62,911 nucleotides of DNA from Bacillota bacterium (lineage in GTDB: Bacteria > Bacillota > Clostridia > Lutisporales > Lutisporaceae), in contig DAOLPD010000001.1 of NCBI GenBank assembly GCA_035417425.1, positions 1 through 62,911 on the forward strand, written 5' to 3'. Positions within the stretch are counted from its first letter, which is position 1, and the number at the start of each line of letters is the position of its first letter. Below, piece by piece: positions 16,748-27,910 of the stretch. The notes beneath the pieces are model-generated. The model ran no database searches. It had not been told where the DNA came from and saw only the letters and a list, made by a program, of their open reading frames with translations. The translations under genes were made by a program, and so were the position numbers.

Positions 16748-16926
16748 GTATCTCATTTTATATATCAGTGATATAATTGAAAATAGAATAACTCATTATG
16801 GAAAATACAGGCAATAGCTTATGTTAAACAAAATCTGTTCAAGCAACCCTGAAACAGATTTGTGTTACCTTGATATTCTTTGCGGCGGAGCAATCTGCAT
16901 TAGCGTAAATCCACCGCAAATTATGT

Positions 16927-17892
16927 ATGAAAGGAACAGTTGATATGAGAATTGGCTTTGGGAAACTCAAGTATGTATCCTTCGTACTGCTTCAAAGTGT
17001 TGTTTATGGGTTCGGGAACCCGCTTACCAAGATAGCCTATGAAAGCATTACACCCTTCTGGCTGCTCACTTTTAGGTTTACCATTGCACTAATGATCTTC
17101 CTGATATTTTTTGGCCGGAGCATCATCTCACAACTGAAGTCTGTAAAGCCATCCCAGTTTCTTCCGGCCAGCTTTTGCATGGCAGTTGCTTATATTACTT
17201 GCAATCTGGCTCTTAAGTGGACCTCTGCCACCAATGTGGGCTTTCTGATGTCCTTGCCGGTCATATTCGCACCTGTACTGGTAGTACCAATACTAAAAAG
17301 AAAATATAACTTCAAATACCTGCCTCTGCAGCTTATTGTTGTATTAGGCCTATACCTGCTATGCTCCAATGGCGGCAGGTTCCAGTTCAATATAGGTGAT
17401 CTGTTTGCCCTGACCACAGCGATAGCTATTTCAGGTGCCCTGGCTTTCGGTGAAAAATCCCTGGAGTCCATGGATGCCTTCGCCATATCTGCCTCCCAGG
17501 CCGGTATAACTGCGGCAGTCAGCTTTGTATGCGCCCTGCTGTTTGATGATTTTTCCGTCATACCCCGGGTAGCACCGGAAGCATGGATGGTTATCAGTTA
17601 TCTGGCCCTGGCCTGCACCTGTGCGGCCTATGTGCTTCAAAACTCAGCCCTGGCTCATCTGTCCTCAGGCACAGTCTCCATGCTCCAGTGTACACAGCCG
17701 ATACTGACTGCGTTATGCTCCTTTATTCTGTTGGGAGAGACCCTGAGCTTTATTGGACTGCTTGGAGCATTCATTATATTAGGTGCTCTGCTGGTATTGA
17801 ATCTTATGGAGCAAAAAGGCTCCCGGCAAGAAAAACCGGAGCCGGGAACCAATGTTTTGATAAATGAAAGCAGTGAACAGGAAGGTATATAG
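16927..17892 (+). CDS. DMT superfamily (EamA-type) transporter
   Basis: 321 aa, about 10 TM segments in two repeats. Alternative start at 16945. Confidence 0.8.
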   Translation: MKGTVDMRIGFGKLKYVSFVLLQSVVYGFGNPLTKIAYESITPFWLLTFRFTIALMIFLIFFGRSIISQLKSVKPSQFLPASFCMAVAYITCNLALKWTSATNVGFLMSLPVIFAPVLVVPILKRKYNFKYLPLQLIVVLGLYLLCSNGGRFQFNIGDLFALTTAIAISGALAFGEKSLESMDAFAISASQAGITAAVSFVCALLFDDFSVIPRVAPEAWMVISYLALACTCAAYVLQNSALAHLSSGTVSMLQCTQPILTALCSFILLGETLSFIGLLGAFIILGALLVLNLMEQKGSRQEKPEPGTNVLINESSEQEGI

Positions 17893-17937
17893 TGTAAAGG
17901 GATTAGTCGGATTTTACTGATTGGAAATGTACTATAT

Positions 17938-17980
17938 AAAATCTGTTTAAGCATAGCTGAAACAGATTTTTGTTTGTTTC
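17938..17980 (+). terminator. Terminator after the EamA gene
   Basis: AAAATCTGTTT ... AAACAGATTTT stem followed by TGTTTGTTT. Confidence 0.6.
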
Positions 17981-18106
17981 AATGCGACGGCGATACTTGA
18001 CCGGCAATTGGGTCAAAAACATTCCGGCGATGACAGCTGCAGTTATAGTATGTATTATTCCATATTCAATATGGTATAGTATATATTGAACATTACAAGG
18101 TTTTTA

Positions 18107-18625
18107 ATGAGCATATGGAAATTGCAGGTGAAGCTTTTGAGTATACTTTTCTTGATTTTAAGCTCAGCAATCATGCTGACAGGCCTTGCAGGAGTTTTCC
18201 TTCCGGTGCTTCCCGGAGTACCTCTTGTGTTTGCAGGTGCATTTATATACGCATGGAGTACGAGCTTTGAGGTTATTACTGTAGGGAACATCGTACTTTT
18301 TGCTGTTCTCACTGCCATAGCTTCAGCAGTGGACTATGTTGGAGGCCTTATAACTGCCAAAAAATACGGCGCGTCCAGGTATGGCCTTATAGGCGGAATT
18401 CTCGGGGGAATACTCGGGCTCATTGCTTTTGGCATACCGGGGCTTATAATCGGACAGCTTGCAGGGGTTATACTGGGGGAGCTGTATTTTGGCAAGCAGA
18501 TGAAGGAATCCTTTACCTCAGGCTTCGCCATGTTCGCAGGTTACATTCTTGGCAGCACCGTCAAAGTATTTTTTGCGGGGCTGATAGTTATCATATTTTA
18601 TATAAAAATACTGGGAGCACTGTAA
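18107..18625 (+). CDS. DUF456 family membrane protein
   Basis: LTGLAGVFLPVLPGVPLVFAGAFIY is typical of the family. ATG at 18107 is preferred over the TTG at 18086. Confidence 0.7.
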   Translation: MSIWKLQVKLLSILFLILSSAIMLTGLAGVFLPVLPGVPLVFAGAFIYAWSTSFEVITVGNIVLFAVLTAIASAVDYVGGLITAKKYGASRYGLIGGILGGILGLIAFGIPGLIIGQLAGVILGELYFGKQMKESFTSGFAMFAGYILGSTVKVFFAGLIVIIFYIKILGAL

Positions 18626-18733
18626 ACAGGAGGAGCGGCATATGAGCAAACCCGTAACCGGGCTCTGCAAAATCAGAAATAATTTGACAAAAACTGCAGC
18701 ATTAAATATACTATGTAAAAATACGTTTTTTAA

Positions 18734-18802
18734 ACTCATATAATTTCGAGAATATGGCTCGGAAGTATCTACAACATAACCGTTAATTATGTTTCTATGA
18801 GT
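18734..18802 (+). promoter_or_regulatory. Purine riboswitch aptamer, guanine-type
   Basis: P1 is ACTCATA / TATGAGT. Conserved blocks TATAAT..CGAGAATATGGCTCGGAAGT.TCTAC and ACCGTTAA are present. A C lies immediately 5' of the P1 3' strand (the position that specifies guanine). Confidence 0.85.
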
Positions 18803-18812
18803 GAAATTTCTT

Positions 18813-18842
18813 GTCTGCAATTTCACTGTTGCAGACTTTTTT
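18813..18842 (+). terminator. Riboswitch expression-platform terminator
   Basis: GTCTGCAA TTTCACTG TTGCAGAC followed by T6. Confidence 0.8.
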
Positions 18843-18853
18843 CTACTAATTAA

Positions 18854-20326
<1,473 letters not shown>

Positions 20327-20414
20327 GGAACTTAATGTTATCTATATTAGGAAAATGCAAAGCACGGGCTGAGAGCCGTACGCCGCAAGGCAGCTAATGA
20401 ATGGAGAGTGTAAT

Positions 20415-21947
20415 ATGGCAGACAAAGAACTGGTATTGATACTGGACTTCGGGGGTCAATACAATCAGCTTATTGCCCGAAGAGTAAGAGAGGCCAATGT
20501 ATATTGTGAAGTTGTGCCTTATGATTACAGCCTGGATGAAATAAGGAAGAAGAATCCCAAGGGGATAATATTCACCGGCGGGCCCGCAAGTGTATATGAA
20601 GAAGGGGCTCCCAGGTGCGATCCCGGGGTATTCGGGATGGGAGTGCCTATCCTGGGTATATGCTATGGAGCGCAGCTTATGGCACATATGCTGGGAGGAA
20701 AGGTTGCAAGGGCTGTTAAGAGGGAATACGGAAAGACGCAGGTGAAGCTTCTGGAGGATACTCTATTCAGAGAAGTACCACAGGACAGCATATGCTGGAT
20801 GAGCCATACCGTTTATGTAGACAGCCCTCCGGCAGGGTTTGACATTATAGGAACTACGGAGACATGCCCTGTAGCGGCCATGGGAAACAAGTCCGGGAAG
20901 CTGTACGGAGTTCAGTTCCACCCGGAAGTGGAGCATACTGAGTATGGGAAGCAGATATTGAGGAATTTCCTTTATGATATATGCGGGCTCTCAGGGGATT
21001 GGACAATGGGAAATTTCATTGAAGAAAATGTAGCGCGAATAAAAGAACTTGCCGGAGACAAGAAGGTAATATGCGCCTTAAGCGGAGGTGTTGATTCCTC
21101 CGTAGCGGCAGTGTTGGTACATAAGGCCATAGGGAACCGCCTGACCTGCATATTTGTTGATCACGGCTTGCTGAGAAAAAATGAAGCGGAACAGGTAGAA
21201 GAAGTATTCAGGAAGCGTTTTGACATCAACCTTATTAAGATTAACGCCCAGGACAGATTCCTTGACAAGCTGAAGGGAGTATCAGAGCCGGAGAGGAAAA
21301 GAAAGATAATCGGTGAGGAATTCATCAGGATTTTTGAAGAAGAGGCAGATAAACTGGGGGAGATTGACTTCCTGGTGCAAGGTACAATTTACCCTGATGT
21401 TATTGAAAGCGGAACCAAGACTGCGGCTGTGATAAAGTCCCATCATAATGTGGGCGGCCTGCCTGAAAACATGCAGCTAAAGCTTATTGAGCCTTTAAGG
21501 GAGCTCTTCAAGGATGAGGTAAGGCTGGTTGGCCTGGAGCTTGGCCTTCCGGAGGATTTGGTATGGAGGCAGCCCTTCCCGGGGCCGGGGCTTGGCATAA
21601 GGGTATTGGGCGAAATAACAAAGGAAAAGCTTCACATAGTGAAGGAAAGCGATGCAATTCTCAGGGAAGAGATAAAGAATGCGGGATTGGACAGATGCAT
21701 ATGGCAGTACTTCACTGCCCTGCCCGACATAAGAAGCGTAGGAGTTATGGGGGATGAGCGAACCTATTCCCATACGGTGGCAATCCGTGCCGTTACCAGC
21801 TCCGATGCCATGACTGCCGATTGGGCAAGGATACCCTATGAAGTACTTGAGAAAATATCCAACAGGATAGTAAATGAAGTGGAGCATGTTAACCGCGTAA
21901 TGTATGATATTACAAGCAAACCACCGGCAACCATAGAGTTTGAATAG
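20415..21947 (+). CDS. guaA: GMP synthase (glutamine-hydrolysing)
   Basis: GATase [11 protein letters not shown]-loop SGGVDSS, C-terminal PPATIEFE. Confidence 0.95.
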   Translation: MADKELVLILDFGGQYNQLIARRVREANVYCEVVPYDYSLDEIRKKNPKGIIFTGGPASVYEEGAPRCDPGVFGMGVPILGICYGAQLMAHMLGGKVARAVKREYGKTQVKLLEDTLFREVPQDSICWMSHTVYVDSPPAGFDIIGTTETCPVAAMGNKSGKLYGVQFHPEVEHTEYGKQILRNFLYDICGLSGDWTMGNFIEENVARIKELAGDKKVICALSGGVDSSVAAVLVHKAIGNRLTCIFVDHGLLRKNEAEQVEEVFRKRFDINLIKINAQDRFLDKLKGVSEPERKRKIIGEEFIRIFEEEADKLGEIDFLVQGTIYPDVIESGTKTAAVIKSHHNVGGLPENMQLKLIEPLRELFKDEVRLVGLELGLPEDLVWRQPFPGPGLGIRVLGEITKEKLHIVKESDAILREEIKNAGLDRCIWQYFTALPDIRSVGVMGDERTYSHTVAIRAVTSSDAMTADWARIPYEVLEKISNRIVNEVEHVNRVMYDITSKPPATIEFE

Positions 21948-21953
21948 AAGTAC

Positions 21954-21983
21954 GGGGAGTTCTGAATAGGACTCCTCTTTATT
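21954..21983 (+). terminator. Weak hairpin after guaA
   Basis: GGGGAGT ... ACTCCTC stem followed by TTTATTATT. Confidence 0.35.
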
Positions 21984-22033
21984 ATTCTACAGGCTTGGTT
22001 GAATATACTGCTGGCAGAGAATGGAAACAATAA

Positions 22034-22061
22034 TTGACATATGTCATAAATACCTTATAAT
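22034..22061 (+). promoter_or_regulatory. Sigma-A-type promoter with a palindromic operator overlapping -35
   Basis: TTGACA at 22034-22039, 16-nt spacer, TATAAT at 22056-22061. Palindrome TGACATATGTCA at 22035-22046. Confidence 0.6.
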
Positions 22062-22106
22062 AGAAATTGAAGGATATAACTTAAAAATAATTAAGGGGGG
22101 TTTTCT

Positions 22107-23660
22107 ATGTCATATAGTCCATCCTTAGGAAGTTCTTTAACCAATACAAAAATGAGGACTCCGGAGCATATTTCCGATTTCTCGGGGATGTGTTCGGTAT
22201 GTACGGCAAGCTGCATCGGAACTTGTGAAATAGGTCTGTCCGCTGTCAGAGGTTCAGAGGCCATATATCCCTTTGAAACAGACAAAAACCAGTTTGCCTC
22301 TGAAAAAAGCTATCCCCTGGATTTTTCCCACTTTAATATCAACGGCAGGGTCTTTGGAGCGGTCGGCTGCCCGGAGGATGCAAATGAAGCAACATTCCCC
22401 AAGGCCAATATTGCCGTGGATTTCGGTATCAAAAACAAAATAAAATTAAAGGCGCCTATAATTCTTCCTGCCATGGCCAAGCTGAACTGGAAGGATTATT
22501 ATGCAGGAGCTGCATTGTCAGGGGTGCTGGTTGTTATCGGGGAAGATGCTGTGGCGAAAGACAAGGAACTGGTACTGGAAAACGGAAAGGTTGCCGGCTC
22601 TCCGCTGCTGAAGGAAATGGTATCATCCTTCAGGCAGTATTACAGAGGATTTGGAGACATAATACTCCAGGGGAATTACGATGATGAAAATCTTGGCGTA
22701 TTGGATTATGCAATTAAAGAACTTGGTGTAAAAACCGTCGAATTGAAGTTCGGGCAGGCAGCCAAGGGAATTCAAGGAATGGGGAGAGTTAAGGATATAG
22801 ATGCTGCACTTGAATACCAGAAGAAGGGTTACTTGGTTTACCCTGACCCGTCGGATCCTGAAACAGCAAAAAATTATAGAGAAGGAAAAGGACAGGTATT
22901 TGAGAGAATAGGAAAGCTTCCTATGTGGAACGAGGATATACTGATTAATCGGGTAAAAGAATTGAGAGAGCTTGGAGCTGAGCGCATATGCTTCAAGACA
23001 GGCCCCTTTGACCCTAAGGATTTAATAAGGATTCTCAAGATAGCATCAAAGGCAGGAGTGGATTTGGTAACCTTTGACGGAGCCGGAGGAGGATCGGGGA
23101 ACAGCCCTGTCAAGATGATGAATGAATGGGGAATTCCGACAGTATACCTGGAGAGCCTGTTGTATAACATTTTAAAGCGAATGAAGGAGAAGAACTATAA
23201 TCTTCCGCAGGTTGCAATAACTGGTGGCTTTGCCATGGAGGATCAGGTATATAAAGGATTGGCGTTAGGTGCCCCATATATAAATATTGTCGGCATAGGA
23301 AGGGCAGCAATGGCAGCAGCCATGGCAGGCAAACAAATAGGAGATTTAATGAAGGAAGGAATGACTCCCAAAGAATATCTGAGGTTTGGCACTGCCAAGG
23401 AAGAGGTATTCGGAGACATTAGAGAGCTTAAACTGCTATACGGGGAAGATGCTTTGAATATTTCCACCGGAGCGGTAGGGTTATATTCATACATAAACAG
23501 GATTGCTGCAGGGTTAAAGCAGCTTATGGCGCTGAACAGGAAATTCTCCCTGGAGTACATTGACAGAAGCGATATAATCCCCTTGACCGAAATAGCTTCA
23601 AAAGTTACAGGATTAGAGGCAGTATATCAGTATAATAAAGAGTTGGAAAGCGAAATATAA
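22107..23660 (+). CDS. FMN-binding glutamate synthase family protein (GltB domain-2-like) with an N-terminal Cys cluster
   Basis: 517 aa. CSVCTASCIGTCE, TFDGAGGGSGNSP and ITGGF. Confidence 0.75.
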   Translation: MSYSPSLGSSLTNTKMRTPEHISDFSGMCSVCTASCIGTCEIGLSAVRGSEAIYPFETDKNQFASEKSYPLDFSHFNINGRVFGAVGCPEDANEATFPKANIAVDFGIKNKIKLKAPIILPAMAKLNWKDYYAGAALSGVLVVIGEDAVAKDKELVLENGKVAGSPLLKEMVSSFRQYYRGFGDIILQGNYDDENLGVLDYAIKELGVKTVELKFGQAAKGIQGMGRVKDIDAALEYQKKGYLVYPDPSDPETAKNYREGKGQVFERIGKLPMWNEDILINRVKELRELGAERICFKTGPFDPKDLIRILKIASKAGVDLVTFDGAGGGSGNSPVKMMNEWGIPTVYLESLLYNILKRMKEKNYNLPQVAITGGFAMEDQVYKGLALGAPYINIVGIGRAAMAAAMAGKQIGDLMKEGMTPKEYLRFGTAKEEVFGDIRELKLLYGEDALNISTGAVGLYSYINRIAAGLKQLMALNRKFSLEYIDRSDIIPLTEIASKVTGLEAVYQYNKELESEI

Positions 23661-23673
23661 TTCAAATTAGTTA

Positions 23674-23725
23674 TTGACATATGTCAGAAACATAGTATAA
23701 TAAAAATTGAAAGTGACATATGTCA
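23674..23725 (+). promoter_or_regulatory. Promoter with two copies of the same palindromic operator
   Basis: TTGACA at 23674-23679, 16-nt spacer, TATAAT at 23696-23701. TGACATATGTCA at 23675-23686 and again at 23714-23725. Confidence 0.6.
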
Positions 23726-23748
23726 TAAACTATTTGGAGGTGAATCAT

Positions 23749-24102
23749 ATGCCAAGGCCAAGAAAATGGAGAAAAGTATGCTGCCTTCCGGAATGCAACC
23801 GCTTCGGCCCTTTGGGTTCCCAGGCAGACCAGGCGAATTATGTCGTTATGACCGTTGACGAATATGAAACAATAAGGCTCATTGATCTGGAAGGATTTAC
23901 TCAGGAAGAGTGTGCCAGCCAGATGAATATTGCACGTACAACCGTTCAAGGCATTTATAACGATGCAAGAAAAAAGCTTGCAGAGTCACTGGTGAATGGA
24001 AAGGTGCTGTGGATAGAAGGCGGCGAATACAGGCTTTGTGACGGCAGCGGCAGCGGCTGCGGAGGCGGAGGATGCCGAAGAAGGAGACACGGCAGCAAAT
24101 AG
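23749..24102 (+). CDS. DUF134 family predicted DNA-binding protein
   Basis: [15 protein letters not shown]... N-terminus and a sigma-70-region-4-like HTH ([21 protein letters not shown]). Gly/Cys/Arg-rich tail. Confidence 0.8.
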   Translation: MPRPRKWRKVCCLPECNRFGPLGSQADQANYVVMTVDEYETIRLIDLEGFTQEECASQMNIARTTVQGIYNDARKKLAESLVNGKVLWIEGGEYRLCDGSGSGCGGGGCRRRRHGSK

Positions 24103-24116
24103 AATGGAGGATTCTT

Positions 24117-24485
24117 ATGAAAATTGCAATACCCGTAGATGAAAAAAATAAGGAAGCAAATGTATGCATATCCTTTGGACGAACACCATATTTTCTGATT
24201 CATGATACGGAATCAAAGGAATGTTCATTTTTGGACAACAGCGCGGCATCCAGTCAGGGAGGTGCCGGCATTAAAGCGGCACAATTCCTTGTAGACAATA
24301 AAGCAGATATACTGCTGACACCCCGCTGTGGAGAAAATGCAGCCCAGGTAATAAAAGCTGCAGATATCAAGATGTATAAAACCATACCCGGTTCCGCCAG
24401 GGATAACATAAATGCATTTGCAGAAGGAAAATTGCCTGTGCTTGAAGAAATCCATGCCGGGTTTCACGGCCATGGAGAAAAATAG
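24117..24485 (+). CDS. NifB/NifX-type (dinitrogenase Fe-Mo cofactor biosynthesis domain) small protein
   Basis: 122 aa. MKIAIPVDE..., FGRTPYFLIHD and GAGIKAAQFL. Confidence 0.7.
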   Translation: MKIAIPVDEKNKEANVCISFGRTPYFLIHDTESKECSFLDNSAASSQGGAGIKAAQFLVDNKADILLTPRCGENAAQVIKAADIKMYKTIPGSARDNINAFAEGKLPVLEEIHAGFHGHGEK

Positions 24486-24486
24486 C

Positions 24487-25347
24487 ATGAAAATTGCTGT
24501 ATTAAGCGGCAAGGGAGGCACGGGGAAAACTTTGGTATCGGTGAATTTGGCTTCGGCAGCAGAGGAATCTGTTTATTTGGATTGTGATGTGGAGGAGCCC
24601 AATGGGCATCTTTTTTTCAAGCCGGAGAATTTACGTGAGGAAGAGATATCAGTTAAAATTCCTGCAGTACATGAAAAACAATGCAGCGGATGCCGGGTTT
24701 GTGTTGACTTTTGCAAATTCAATGCTCTTGCTTATATAAAAAACAGACTGGTAGTTTTTGATGAGGTTTGTCATTCCTGCGGCGGATGTATTCTGCTTTG
24801 CCCGGAAAAGGCAATGAATGAGAAAGAAAAAATCATCGGGAAAATTCAGAAAGGTGTTTCAGGGCAAGTGACTGTATATACGGGAATGATGAATACCGGT
24901 GAAGCATCCGGTGTCCCCATTGTTAAGAAGCTTCTCAATGAAAACAAAGCAGATGAAGAAATGATAACGCTGATCGATTGCCCTCCCGGAAGTGCTTGCA
25001 TAGTGATGGAAAGCATCAGGGATGCGGATTATTGTATTTTGATAGCTGAACCTACATTGTTCGGCGTCCATAATCTTAATATGGTTTACGAACTGGTAAA
25101 ACTGTTTCACAAGCCTTATGGGGTGGTTCTTAACAAATGCCAGGAGGGAGAAAATCCGGCAGAGAGGTTTTGTGAAGAAAAGGGCATCAGGATTTTAGGG
25201 AAAATTCCCTTCGATAATGAGCTTGGGGCACTGAATTCAAATGCAAAGATAGCTGTAAGAGAAAGTGAAAAGTATAGAACCGTGTTTTCATCCCTGCTTG
25301 AAACCGTGAAAAAGGAGGTGCGTCATGAAGCAGCTGTTAATCCTTAG
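24487..25347 (+). CDS. MinD/ParA-type P-loop ATPase with inserted 2x[4Fe-4S] ferredoxin domain
   Basis: SGKGGTGKT, CSGCRVCVDFC and CHSCGGCILLCP. Confidence 0.8.
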   Translation: MKIAVLSGKGGTGKTLVSVNLASAAEESVYLDCDVEEPNGHLFFKPENLREEEISVKIPAVHEKQCSGCRVCVDFCKFNALAYIKNRLVVFDEVCHSCGGCILLCPEKAMNEKEKIIGKIQKGVSGQVTVYTGMMNTGEASGVPIVKKLLNENKADEEMITLIDCPPGSACIVMESIRDADYCILIAEPTLFGVHNLNMVYELVKLFHKPYGVVLNKCQEGENPAERFCEEKGIRILGKIPFDNELGALNSNAKIAVRESEKYRTVFSSLLETVKKEVRHEAAVNP

Positions 25348-26200
25348 CGGAAAAGGCGGAACGGGAAAAACTACAATTGCCGCTGCATTTATAAAGCTTT
25401 CCGCTGCAAAGGCATATGCGGATTGCGATGTTGATGCACCCAACCTACATTTGATTATGGGTCAGAATTCAGAACCGGGGAAAATAGATTTTTACGGTCT
25501 CCCAAAAGCCGAAATAAACAGGGAATTATGCATTAAGTGTGACAGGTGCAGGCAAAACTGCCGGTTTGATGCAATCCTGGTAAATGAGGAATATACAATA
25601 GATGCTTTTGCCTGTGAGGGCTGCGGGGTCTGTGAGGCCCTTTGCCCTGTGGGAGCGGTTGCCTTAAAACCTGCAGCTGCAGGGGAATTGATGCTGTATT
25701 CGGACGAAGGCAGAATTTTTTCAACAGCCCGGCTTAAAATGGGAAGCGGTACCTCCGGTATGCTGGTTACCGAGGTAAAAAAGCAGATGAGATCAGCGGC
25801 TGAAAATGCAGAGCTTGCAATTATTGACGGCTCTCCCGGAATAGGATGTCCTGTTATTGCATCACTAAGCGGTGCTGATATGGTATTAATAGTAGCAGAG
25901 CCTTCCGTTTCGGGCATCAGTGACATGGAGCGCATAGTAAAAACTGCGGCGGCATTTCAGACAGAAGCAGCAGTTTGCGTTAATAAATATGATACAAACA
26001 TTGCAAATACGGAGAGGATAAAAGAGTACTGCCGGACGAATAATCTGCCCTTTGTGGGAAGGATACCTTTTGATCCGGAGGCAGTGAAAGCGATTAATGA
26101 CGGCCTTACTGTCATCGATATTGATTGTCCGGCAGGCATTGCAGTAAGAGAAGTTTTTAACAAAACCATAAAGCTGCTTTTCGATACTTCAACAATATAA
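25325..26200 (+). CDS. MinD/ParA-type P-loop ATPase with inserted 2x[4Fe-4S] ferredoxin domain (paralog)
   Basis: SGKGGTGKTT, CIKCDRCRQNC and CEGCGVCEALCP. Overlaps the upstream gene by 23 nt. Confidence 0.8.
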   Translation: MKQLLILSGKGGTGKTTIAAAFIKLSAAKAYADCDVDAPNLHLIMGQNSEPGKIDFYGLPKAEINRELCIKCDRCRQNCRFDAILVNEEYTIDAFACEGCGVCEALCPVGAVALKPAAAGELMLYSDEGRIFSTARLKMGSGTSGMLVTEVKKQMRSAAENAELAIIDGSPGIGCPVIASLSGADMVLIVAEPSVSGISDMERIVKTAAAFQTEAAVCVNKYDTNIANTERIKEYCRTNNLPFVGRIPFDPEAVKAINDGLTVIDIDCPAGIAVREVFNKTIKLLFDTSTI

Positions 26201-26224
26201 TATTAACATAAAGGAGACAAAAAA

Positions 26225-27064
26225 ATGAGTGAACAATGCAATCAGAACTGCAACAGCTGTACAGAAAGCTGTACTGAAAGAAATGAGGAATTTGATTTTT
26301 CAGAAAAACCACATGCATTAAGCAGCATTAAAAAAGTAATCGGTGTTGTCAGCGGAAAAGGAGGAGTAGGCAAGTCATTGGTTACATCAATGCTCGCTGT
26401 CACAATGAACAGAATGGGCTATCATTCAGCCGTATTGGATGCTGATATAACAGGCCCTTCAATTCCCAAGGCCTTTGGTATAAGGGAGAAGGCCATAGGC
26501 AGCGAAACGGGCTTATATCCGATAAAAAGCCATACCGGTATTGATATTATGTCCATAAATCTGCTTCTGGATAATGACAAGGATCCGGTAGTATGGAGAG
26601 GCCCTATTCTGGCCAATACCGTAAAACAATTCTGGTCGGAGGTCATATGGAGTGATGTTGACTTCATGTTCATTGATATGCCTCCGGGAACCGGTGATGT
26701 GCCTCTTACTGTTTTTCAATCAATAGCAATGGATGGAATCATTATAGTTACATCTCCCCAGGAGCTTGTTTCAATGATAGTATCCAAGGCAGTCAGGATG
26801 GCGGAGATTATGAATATCCCTATAATTGGCCTGGTGGAAAACATGTCGTATTTCAAATGCCCTGATAATGATAAGGAATACAAGATATTTGGAGACAGCC
26901 ATATAGATGAGATTGCCGAAGAACATAATCTTAAGGTTCTTGCCAAGCTGCCCATAGACCCAAGGCTGTCTGCAGCCTGTGACAAAGGAATGATAGAACT
27001 TTTTGAAGACGATTGGATGGAGCCTGTCGGGAAGATATTAGAAGATATGGAGGGTAAAAAATGA
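26225..27064 (+). CDS. Mrp/NBP35/ApbC family Fe-S cluster carrier ATPase
   Basis: Cys-rich N-terminus CNQNCNSCTESC, VSGKGGVGKS and DMPPGTGD. Confidence 0.8.
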   Translation: MSEQCNQNCNSCTESCTERNEEFDFSEKPHALSSIKKVIGVVSGKGGVGKSLVTSMLAVTMNRMGYHSAVLDADITGPSIPKAFGIREKAIGSETGLYPIKSHTGIDIMSINLLLDNDKDPVVWRGPILANTVKQFWSEVIWSDVDFMFIDMPPGTGDVPLTVFQSIAMDGIIIVTSPQELVSMIVSKAVRMAEIMNIPIIGLVENMSYFKCPDNDKEYKIFGDSHIDEIAEEHNLKVLAKLPIDPRLSAACDKGMIELFEDDWMEPVGKILEDMEGKK

Positions 27065-27420
27065 TTAAGATAGCGGTAGCAAGTGAAAAAGATATGGTAA
27101 CGGAACATTTCGGACATTGCATGAACTTCAACATCTTTGAAGCTGAGAATGACTGGATAGTAAAGAGCGAATCTATTTTAAATCCGGGACATAGACCGGG
27201 TTTTCTTCCCAACTTTCTGAATGATATGGGAGTAAATGTAATTATATCAGGAGGTATGGGCGGCGGCGCCATTGATATTTTCAATGAAAAAGGAATAGAG
27301 GTTATTGTTGGTGCAAGGGGTAATGCCAAGGAAGCAGCAGAAGCATACCTGAAAGGCATATTGAAATCTACGGGTTCTGTTTGTCATGAACATCAGCATC
27401 ATGATGAATGCGGAAAATGA
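27061..27420 (+). CDS. NifB/NifX-type small protein with a His/Cys-rich tail
   Basis: 119 aa. MIKIAVASE..., C-terminal CHEHQHHDECGK. Confidence 0.7.
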   Translation: MIKIAVASEKDMVTEHFGHCMNFNIFEAENDWIVKSESILNPGHRPGFLPNFLNDMGVNVIISGGMGGGAIDIFNEKGIEVIVGARGNAKEAAEAYLKGILKSTGSVCHEHQHHDECGK

Positions 27421-27436
27421 AGAGGAGGATTTGCCT

Positions 27437-27910
27437 ATGACAGCGTCTCTATATGTTATTGCAATATTGGCACTTTCGGTCTCACTTCTCAAAAGTAAGG
27501 AAAAAACTATAATTGCTCTGAAGAAGGCATGGAAGTCCTTTGAAAACATACTGCCCCAATTTTTGTCCATTTTAATTATAATAGGCATATTATTGACAGT
27601 TTTATCGCCCGAACAGATCTCAAAATTATTGGGAAAAGAATCGGGCTGGTACGGTGTGCTGATTGCTGCAGTTATAGGTTCTGTTACTCTAGTTCCCGGA
27701 TTTATCGCATTTCCATTGGCGGCAGCATTGTTAAAAAGCGGTGCCGGTTATATGCAAATAGCAGCTTTTATTTCTGCGCTAATGATGGTTGGCATTGTGA
27801 CGATTCCGGTGGAGGTGGAATACTTCGGGAAAAAGGCAGCCGCGGTCAGGAATACTGCCGCCTTTGTATTTTCATTGATTGTAGCTTTGGTTATGGGGGT
27901 GGTTATGTGA
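27437..27910 (+). CDS. Half-size permease (DUF318/ArsP-like), subunit 1
   Basis: ATG at 27437 follows GGAGGA. About 5 TM segments. Confidence 0.6.
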   Translation: MTASLYVIAILALSVSLLKSKEKTIIALKKAWKSFENILPQFLSILIIIGILLTVLSPEQISKLLGKESGWYGVLIAAVIGSVTLVPGFIAFPLAAALLKSGAGYMQIAAFISALMMVGIVTIPVEVEYFGKKAAAVRNTAAFVFSLIVALVMGVVM

